From an uncultured Nitrososphaeraceae archaeon (GTDB taxonomy: Archaea; Thermoproteota; Nitrososphaeria; Nitrososphaerales; Nitrososphaeraceae), in assembly GCA_963765895.1 (NCBI GenBank), contig CAVXZB010000084.1:192001-256000 (forward strand): a stretch of DNA of 64,000 nt, in the 5' to 3' direction. Below, in pieces: positions 56,468 through 64,000 of this stretch (the first letter of the stretch is position 1; each line of letters opens with the position of its first letter). A model generated the notes under the pieces. It was not told the DNA's origin. It did not search any database and worked only from the letters and a program-made list of their open reading frames with translations. The translations under genes and the position numbers were made by a program.

Positions 56468-56931
56468 TGGTATTAGTCCTCCACCGAAAAAAAAGATTAA
56501 GAGCTAGTGTTAAGTCGAATGTACAAGCAGCTGTGATAAAGCTAAGCTACTAATATAATGGTTGAAAGAAAAAATTAGGACTTATTCAAGATCATCTATT
56601 GCAGTTATGTCGTTGGTGCATAAGCATATTCCCATAGTAATTTGGTCGATTGACATTCATCTTATAGCCATGCTAGATTTTTTGTTGGGGGCAACGATTT
56701 GATTAATGATCAGACAATGCCACCGTTATCAAGATCTATATATTAATAATAAGCACAGTTACAACGGAATTGGATGCTACAAATGGAATTGAGGTGAATA
56801 ACTAGTCATAAAATCTGACGATTGATACCTCAGAACATTACCTTATGTGAATAACCACTTCCTGCACGATTGTTCTCTTGTGATTTTAAATGCTCTATTC
56901 AAGTACTTTGTGCGATGTCACAAATCTGCAT

Positions 56932-57342
56932 CTATAAGATCAACCGACTAAAGGCTGGAAGAAGATAGAAATTTAGTGAATAATCTCCTATCTGATAGAC
57001 TCCGTTTGCCAAATCTGTGCTACCTGTTTCTATCTCCTTAAACATAACCGTAAAGGATGGTTGTAGTGTAGCAATGACTGCTGATGCACCAACAAATTCC
57101 GCGACTTCTGTAAGCCGTCTTATTTCATAACCCTTTATCCTTGGTATAAGATTACTAGATTTTATCTGAATCAGCCATTTGATCGGATCACGGATTGCAA
57201 CGATGTCAGCTGGCCCTCTGCTGCCTTTGGATATGTTCAATTTCCAGCCTTTTGCTTTAAGAAAAACGGCTACTATAAATTCTGCCTCTCTACCAAACCG
57301 ATAGCTGCAAAATTTTTCGAAGCTCTTTTCTCCTCTGATCAT
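56932..57342 (-). CDS. Hjc-like PD-(D/E)XK endonuclease
   Basis: GREAE..VA.FL..KGW, SKGSRGPADIVA, LIQIKSS. Confidence 0.75.
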   Translation of the reverse strand: MIRGEKSFEKFCSYRFGREAEFIVAVFLKAKGWKLNISKGSRGPADIVAIRDPIKWLIQIKSSNLIPRIKGYEIRRLTEVAEFVGASAVIATLQPSFTVMFKEIETGSTDLANGVYQIGDYSLNFYLLPAFSRLIL

Positions 57343-57618
57343 TAGATGTATACACTAATTCCATACAGATACCCGTATTTGTCCATCAAGTTTGCGTATT
57401 CTATTATTTTATTGCTTTTCTTTGTATTCCCTTACCTATATCATTAGACTCGATCTAAAGGGCCTAATCTGTGACATTTTAATGAAATTTAGTAAAATAG
57501 GATGATATCTTTCTTTTCCTCTCTTCCATCTCTTAACATACCTAGCCTAAGTCTCGTTCACGCAATCTGGTTATTAATACAAATTAGCCAAGAATACGTA
57601 TAAAGATGAAATTTCGAT

Positions 57619-58401
57619 ATGCTGCTGTCCGCCAAATTAAGCCAAGTAATATCTGATGTGGTAAATGCCTCAATGAGGGACAGAGGTCCCATCGCTGTAG
57701 CCTTTTCAGGAGGGATAGATAGCTCATTACTCGCTACTGTATGTAAAAAAAATGGAGTATCTGTGACCCTGTTGACAATCGGCTTTCCGCAGTCACATGA
57801 TGTTTGCTTCTCCCAGCAAATTGCTTCGAAACTCAACCTAGATCATAGGATCAATCTGCTAGAAGAAAATGACTTTTATGAAAATCTAGGGAAAGTGATA
57901 AAAAAAGTGGATTGCGAAAATATCTCGCATATAGAAAACTGTATTGCTTTTTTTTATATTGCTAAATTTGCTCAAGAAATGGGCTTCAAAACCGTATTGT
58001 CTGCGAACGGATGCGACGAGCTTTTTTGTGGCTACGACATTTATAGAGCAACGTTTGACAAAGGTAGAACCCGATTAATGCAATTAATGGAAGAAAAGAT
58101 CTTAAACGAGTTTAGGCTAATCCATGAAATAGACATAACGGTAAACGATTTTGGAGTTAAGATCAGTCAGCCTTTTCTGTCTAATAAGATCATAGCGTTT
58201 TCTCGAGACATTCCTATTGAAGAAAAAATACGTGGGTCTGATGACTATCTCAGGAAACGAATATTAAGAAAGGTAGCACGGCTACTGAATGTTCCAAAAG
58301 AATCTACCATCAAGCCGAAGAAAGCGATGCAATATGGAACGAAAATACATAAGAAAGTCAGAAAATATCTTGATATTATGGTTACGGAACAATATCCTTA
58401 A
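57619..58401 (+). CDS. asparagine synthase C-terminal-domain protein
   Basis: AFSGGIDSSLL, SANGCDELFCGY, QPFL, RKRILR, KPKKAMQYG; no glutaminase domain. Confidence 0.88.
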   Translation: MLLSAKLSQVISDVVNASMRDRGPIAVAFSGGIDSSLLATVCKKNGVSVTLLTIGFPQSHDVCFSQQIASKLNLDHRINLLEENDFYENLGKVIKKVDCENISHIENCIAFFYIAKFAQEMGFKTVLSANGCDELFCGYDIYRATFDKGRTRLMQLMEEKILNEFRLIHEIDITVNDFGVKISQPFLSNKIIAFSRDIPIEEKIRGSDDYLRKRILRKVARLLNVPKESTIKPKKAMQYGTKIHKKVRKYLDIMVTEQYP

Positions 58402-59246
58402 ATTGCTATTCTGTTTCTAGCTTAGATATCAATGATTGTCTTGTATGGGGGTTGCTAGGAAATCCTCCTTAAAGCTAAATAGGATCAGCCAGGAATTCAA
58501 AGAAGCATCATCTACAAATTGCAGTTTTTAGTACTTCTAACACGATTCAGTAAAATCTCATTCAGAAATAGACTCCTAACGATTATCATTTCTTAATATT
58601 AGTAGTTACTTAGAACATAATCAGAGTTACCTAGATTATTCTAAGGTATTACTGGACAATATTATAACTAAACTAAAGGTGTATCCAAACCGCTTCAATT
58701 ACGAATATATCGCATTCTCAATTCGTAATTGACAAAATTTGTGCGCTAGCCAGACTCAATATATGTCGAATAAGGGCGTTATGATACAGAAAGGCCACCA
58801 TTACTGATCTGGGCAAACAATAGGTAGTAGAATTATTTGTCCATAACCAAGTCTAGTCATTCGTAGTTGAATAATATCCAGTTTTTACTTAACTGCTCTA
58901 ATCAATCTTAGAGAGATATTTCAATCAGGACATCTGATCTTAAAAAAACAGATGATTAAACAAGATGAAAATGACATTCTAATTCTGTGTTTGTGGAAGT
59001 GAAATAAGTCATCCCTAAATTTGAGTTGAAGCATTTGATTTAGAATCAAATAATATAATGTAAAAAAATGTCAGTTGCTAAATATATCCTGAAAAAGAAC
59101 AGGACCGGATGCGATCTCCAAAATAGGTTTGCCACCGGCAAAGCATCAGCTTGACGAACAATCCATTATGTATTGCTTCTCTTAGTATATTTGTAACAAC
59201 TGCTAGGCAAGATTATATATGATCGATCTAAATACGATAATCACTT

Positions 59247-59341
59247 GCCGTCGTAGCTCAGCCCGGGAGAGCACTCGACCTTAGATTATAGGGGTGAAGC
59301 TGAAGACCGAGCTGTCGTGAGCTCAAATCTCACCGACGGCA
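59247..59341 (+). tRNA. tRNA-Phe(GAA) with a 21-nt non-canonical intron at 30/31 (59278-59298)
   Basis: GCCGTCG/CGACGGC-A acceptor; CTCG[ACCTTAGATTATAGGGGTGAA]G-CTGAAGA-CCGAG; BHB central helix CACT/GGTG; T arm GTGAG-CTCAAAT-CTCAC. Confidence 0.92.
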
Positions 59342-59677
59342 TGTTAATTGAGTCATATTCAAACGATACGGTAAAAAATGAGGTACTCATAAACAATATT
59401 GAATGAAAGTTGACATAGTAAGACGGCTCTTCTGTAAACACCCGGACAGCTTTTCCTTCAGGACGTACAATGACTTTGATTTTAATGAATATAGTAAATG
59501 TTCTCATTGTGGAAAAGTATTGAGGTTTTTGAGCGGATTTGAAGAGGATATTAGGGGATAAAAATTGAGGAAAAGTATAAGATTTTATATAATAGAACAT
59601 GAATATGGGAAAGTTGTGTTTCTACCAAAGACTTAAATTACTTATATGACAGGGCTAGATATGACGAGCCCGGACAT

Positions 59678-61147
59678 CTAAACATCAGCATACATTGAAA
59701 ATTCGTGCGGATGTGGTCTAATTGCCACTTCATTATGATCTTTAATTTCATTCTCAATTAGCATATCGATTGCATCATCGCCGAAGACAGGTTTCAGAAA
59801 TAATCTATCATTTTCTAATTCTTCATAGGCATCTCTTAGACTTGCAGGAAGTTGTTTGATCCCGAACTCCCTTCTCTTTTTTGCCGTCATTTTAAAGATA
59901 TCTTCGTCAACGGGGGAACCTATTGGAGTTTTTTTCCGAATACCATCTAGTCCTGCAGCAACAATTGCAGAGAACGCCAAGTAGGGATTGCACGATGGGT
60001 CTGGAGCTCTGAATTCAATTCGTTTCATTTTTGAAAATTTCTGACCCTTGTAATGGGCAGGGATCCTGATTATCGCAGATCTATTACCAGTACTCCATGC
60101 TATATACACTGGTGCTTCGTACCCGGGGACAAGTCTTCTATAGGAATTTGTAGTCGGGGCCACTATAGCTGCAAGAGCATAAGCATGATCCAGTATCCCC
60201 CCTCCGAAATAACGCGCTACTTCAGATAATTCAGCATATTCATCATCAGAGTCAAAGAAGAGATTTGTTCCATTGTTCCACAGGCTTACATTAACATGCA
60301 TCCCCGACCCATTGTCAAGCGCAATTGGTTTTGGCATCATAGTAGCTATCATATTATGTTTCTTAGCTATATTTTTGACTATGTACCTTGTAGACTCTGG
60401 ACTGCATCGGCTGCGTTAGTGAGTGTATCGTATCTAATATCGATTTCGCATTGTCCAGCTGTTGCAACTTCGTGATGATGGGCATCACAAATTATTCCGA
60501 AATTGTTACTTAAAATGTCAACACACTCATTACGATAATCCATCAAAGTATCTCCTGGAGCACTAGGGAGATATCCTTCCTTTAGCCTTAATGCATAACC
60601 TACGCCTTCAGTAGACCATGGCGCTTCTCTAGAAGTTATGTTATAGCTCTGACTATGATATGGAGTCATAGTGTTCACCTCTAGTTTATCAAAGACAAAA
60701 AATTCGACCTCTGGTCCCCAGTATGAAGAATTATAGCCCTGATCTCTTACGTACCTTCTCTGCTTTCATAGCAATTGATCTCGGATCCCGACTGAATGCG
60801 AGCCTCTCGGATCCGCCAACTAGGATATCGCAGATTAATCTTGCTGTATAATCTTTTTCGATCCATGGAATCACGGCATATGTTGATGCATCAGGTTTAA
60901 TGATCAAGTCTGATTCATGAATCTCGGTAAATCCGCGAATAGATGAGCCATCAAGTTTCGGAAGTCCAAATTCAAAATCTTCTTTTTGAAACATATTAGA
61001 TGCCATGGTAGTATGGTGGAATCTACCAGTAAGTCCAGTAAACTGCAAGTCCAAAAACTTGATTCGATCATCTTTAAGCCTCTGCATCACATCAGCAGAT
61101 GTAAAATTTGATCGTTCTATCTTACCGTTATTGACTCTATATGGCAA
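59678..61147 (-). CDS. glnA: glutamine synthetase type I (insertions at about 60755 and 60387/60394)
   Basis: LDGSSIRGF..IHESD, GPEVEF, HHHEVATAGQCEI, MPKP..DNGSGMH, NSYRRLVPGYEAP, NRSA.IRIP, RIEFRAPD. Confidence 0.95.
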
Positions 61148-61433
61148 CCGCGATATCTTATGATAGGGAATCTGTACTTATAATTAAGCTTTCGATAAAT
61201 AATAATGACCGTTTGATTTGGAATCTATAATGTGGAAAGTGTCATATTATACCTAACCATACCTTTTTGTACTTTATGCAGGATTGCAATCGAGAAATAT
61301 CCCATTCTTGATTGTTACGATCAATATTGGTGTTACTGTTACTGTCAAATGAGTACGATGATGAATTTGAGCTGAAATGACAGGCAGTAGGTCTAACATG
61401 ATAATGCAACTTCGACTGACAGCTAACCAAAAT

Positions 61434-61643
61434 TTAAGAATAGTCATTAAAAATGCTACTTAAATATGAGACTAATTCGTCTCTGAGTTTAATTACTCCT
61501 ACTCGCTTCTCCCCATCGAGATCAGTAAGTAACAAGGTGTCCAAGCCTTCTATAATATATTTTATGTTTGAAAGTGTTAGTAGCTTATTTTCAGGATAAT
61601 CTGCTTGTTTCTCGTCGCTCATTGCTATAGGATTGTTACACAT
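61434..61643 (-). CDS. small hypothetical protein
   Basis: 69-aa helical ORF; TTATATAA-type box near the start (real start may be ATG about 61622). Confidence 0.45.
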   Translation of the reverse strand: MCNNPIAMSDEKQADYPENKLLTLSNIKYIIEGLDTLLLTDLDGEKRVGVIKLRDELVSYLSSIFNDYS

Positions 61644-61915
61644 ATTATATAAGATAAATATCTCTCATAAGATGGATTTCCGATTTTGAAAACCCTGGAC
61701 ATAAGCATTAAGTATTATTATTATCTTAAAGTTTGAATATATAATTGGGAAATATCAGTCGTAACTTGCTTTGTATAAATACTCCTCAACTGCAAAGAGG
61801 CCATGTCATGTTAGATAACAATGTCTGATAAATTTCTAACCTGGTAGCCAATGTTATTAAGGGTTCATTCCATTTATTGACATTGTGAAGTTTGTTATCG
61901 ATATGATAATAATTC

Positions 61916-63463
61916 TCATTGAGGTTCTATGGTTGAAGGAGGTTTAGATGATACGGCGTATGTAACCCAGGTAACTCCATCTATTTCATTTGTTATTCTA
62001 TTACTAATATCACGGATTAAATCGTAGGACAATCTGGTCCAATTTGCAGTCATTGCATCGGTTGAGTCAACAACCCTGATTATTACGATATGACCATACA
62101 TACGCTCATCCCCCAGCACTCCTACTGCCATATCATCACCCACGGCAGCGTATGCTTGCCAGACCTTATCATATAATCCGGCATACATAAGCTCGTCTTC
62201 AATTATTTTACTAGCATGTTTTGCAATCTTCACCTTCTCGAGGGTAACCTCCCCGATTATTCTGACAGCTAGCCCTGGTCCAGGAAAGGGATGTCGGTTT
62301 AGCAAAATTGCTGGAACATCTAGTAATTTCGCGACTCTTCTTACCTCGTCTTTATAAAGGTTACTTAGTGGTTCTATTATCTTGAAGTTAAGGTCTTTTG
62401 GTAGGCCTCCGACATTGTGATGAGTTTTTATTACAGAGGCTGGCCCCTTAGAAACTCCGCTCTCAATTCTGTCAGGATACAAAGTTCCTTGAGCTAGCCA
62501 TTGGAATGGCCCGTCTCTTAGTGCAACCTGGAGAAATGAGTTCGCGAATTCGCTGCCGATAATCTTGCGTTTCTGTTCTGGGTCGGATATGCCTTTAAGC
62601 TTTCCCAAAAATACTTCTTCGGCATCTACGCAGATTATATCTATTCCAAAATGGTCTTTGAACAGCTTGGGAACTTGATTTTGCTCGTCTTCCCTTAATA
62701 GACCATGATTGACAAATACACATCTAAGATTACTGCCTATCGCTTTATGTAGTAGTATTGCGACAGTAGTAGAATCGATTCCACCGCTTACTGCACACAA
62801 TACCCTTTCATTCCTAACCCTGAATCGGATATCACGAATAGTCTTCTCTACAAAACCTTCCATACTCCATTCTGCTCTAGCGTTACTAATTCTATGTGAA
62901 AAGTTCCTGAGTATTTCTATTCCCTTCTCAGTATGAACGACCTCCGGATGAAATTGGATACCATAGATTTTTTTCCCTTTATTTACAACTGCAGCAGATG
63001 GCGAATTCTGGGTATGCGCAAGTGTTCTAAAACCATCCGGGAGCACTTCGGCAGCATCAGCGTGACTCATCCAACATCTGATCTTATTTCCCACTCTGTC
63101 GAAAAGATCACAAGCGTCATCGACAATCAATTCAGCACTTCCGTACTCTCGATAATCTGAACGCTTGACTTTTCCCCCAAATCTGTCTATTATTAATTGA
63201 TGACCGTAACATATCCCGAGAATCGGAACTCCTATTTCAAAGATCTGTTTATCAGGCATTGGAGAATTTGGTGCATATATGCTTGCCGGACCACCTGAAA
63301 AAATTATGCCCTTTGGATTAATTTCATGAATTGCTTTCACAGGAGTATTGTAGGGGAACAACTCGCAATATACATTCGTCTCACGAATGCGTCTGCATAT
63401 AAGATGACTATACTGCGACCCAAAATCCAATACTACAATTTTATCTATATTATTATCAACCAC
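61916..63463 (-). CDS. guaA: GMP synthase (glutamine-hydrolysing), fused form
   Basis: LDFGSQY, GICYG, MSH.D, QFHPEV, SGGIDS, AQGTLYPD, IKTHHNVGG, RHPFPGPGL, KPPSTIE. Confidence 0.97.
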   Translation of the reverse strand: MVDNNIDKIVVLDFGSQYSHLICRRIRETNVYCELFPYNTPVKAIHEINPKGIIFSGGPASIYAPNSPMPDKQIFEIGVPILGICYGHQLIIDRFGGKVKRSDYREYGSAELIVDDACDLFDRVGNKIRCWMSHADAAEVLPDGFRTLAHTQNSPSAAVVNKGKKIYGIQFHPEVVHTEKGIEILRNFSHRISNARAEWSMEGFVEKTIRDIRFRVRNERVLCAVSGGIDSTTVAILLHKAIGSNLRCVFVNHGLLREDEQNQVPKLFKDHFGIDIICVDAEEVFLGKLKGISDPEQKRKIIGSEFANSFLQVALRDGPFQWLAQGTLYPDRIESGVSKGPASVIKTHHNVGGLPKDLNFKIIEPLSNLYKDEVRRVAKLLDVPAILLNRHPFPGPGLAVRIIGEVTLEKVKIAKHASKIIEDELMYAGLYDKVWQAYAAVGDDMAVGVLGDERMYGHIVIIRVVDSTDAMTANWTRLSYDLIRDISNRITNEIDGVTWVTYAVSSKPPSTIEPQ

Positions 63464-64000
63464 TTTTTTCTATCATCCTAGTAAAAACCCAGCTTGATGT
63501 GTTAAAAATTTCGTTCAACCGCTCTTTCTCTCGATAATTACTGATTTTAATTCTTTTTATTATACCATCATCATCTTCTTCGACCTGGTAGTGCAGTAAA
63601 TCAGAGTCTTTGATTCGTCCTTGGTTTACCGCTTCTTCATCCTTCATCTTCATCCCCTCCAAGATTCTATTCAAAAAGAACGATTTAAACGGGGGAGTAT
63701 TCACGTTTAGGATAATTCCCTTCGTGGGAACAATTTCCACTGAGCCTGGATATATTTCTGCATTTGCTAAGAGCAGACTGTCTTTAAAGCGAATAAGTGG
63801 CTTGATCATTTTTGATTCCGTATTCTGTTCGTTCATTTGCTCACGGAGTTCTGGTGAATTGCTGCTAATTTTAATACCATCGTTTGCACCTCCGCTCTTA
63901 ACTGATAGCGTCGTTTTCGGTGGTACAAGGTCTACATTGCCTGCCGAGGGGGATAATGTAATCGAAGAGTCAAGATTAGAAGCAGGTTTGAAGCTTCCTT
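63456..64000 (-). CDS. conserved hypothetical protein upstream of guaA (5' end beyond the window)
   Basis: The frame is open from the window edge (GSFKPASNLDSS...) through 63836 to a stop overlapping the guaA start; TPPFKSFFLNRI, NYRE.ERL.EI. Confidence 0.75.
   Translation of the reverse strand, partial: GSFKPASNLDSSITLSPSAGNVDLVPPKTTLSVKSGGANDGIKISSNSPELREQMNEQNTESKMIKPLIRFKDSLLLANAEIYPGSVEIVPTKGIILNVNTPPFKSFFLNRILEGMKMKDEEAVNQGRIKDSDLLHYQVEEDDDGIIKRIKISNYREKERLNEIFNTSSWVFTRMIEKSG

Noticed and set aside
39200-59400. tRNA-anchored integrated element
   Set aside because: I saw no duplicated tRNA 3' end (att site) and no integrase; the intervening genes are core housekeeping genes.
59286-59600. 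104-aa minus-strand ORF, and likewise 39158..39412
   Set aside because: Shadow ORFs antisense to tRNA genes (VRFELTT and RDSNP are typical tRNA shadow peptides).
59678-61147. glnA, amt, htrA, YyaL and the GT genes as true pseudogenes or programmed frameshifts
   Set aside because: Motifs are otherwise intact, there are no slippery heptamers, and the insertions recur at the same short motifs, which points to consensus errors.
61342-61422. Possible C/D box sRNA (ATGATGA...CTGA...ATGATAA...CTGA) upstream of glnA
   Set aside because: Box spacing is irregular (7-nt first guide) and I could not identify an rRNA or tRNA target by eye.

Overview
Archaeal chromosomal window, almost certainly from an ammonia-oxidising thaumarchaeon (Nitrososphaeraceae-like). 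Evidence: archaeal ribosomal and RNA polymerase genes (L32e, L19e, L18e, L13, S9, L37ae, rpoD), aIF2alpha-nop10, cbf5, the SBDS-rrp4-rrp41-rrp42-L37ae-pcc1-prefoldin-XPF cluster, an ESCRT-III/CdvB paralogue, a DUF6659-type protein, amt, glnA, guaA, cobO/cobT, and two intron-containing tRNAs without encoded CCA. The left end holds a surface-glycan cluster (about 2.1-10.8 kb). I see no CRISPR array, rRNA, integrase or transposase. Many genes, including glnA and amt, carry single-base insertions that fall almost only at GTAC, GCNGC and GANTC/AGCT sites. These look like base-calling errors at modified DNA motifs, so they may reveal the host methylome indirectly. Best leads: (1) an HTH + ATP-cone + catalytically dead class III ribonucleotide reductase fusion, possibly a nucleotide-sensing regulator; (2) the motif-linked indel fingerprint; (3) a decayed HTH/Zn-ribbon gene next to TTACCTAC iterons; (4) tRNA-Phe with a non-canonical 30/31 intron and C54; (5) genes the ORF track missed (nop10, a C2H2 finger, a cupredoxin with an internal stop); (6) two candidate structured RNAs. 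All calls come from reading the sequence by eye; no searches were run.
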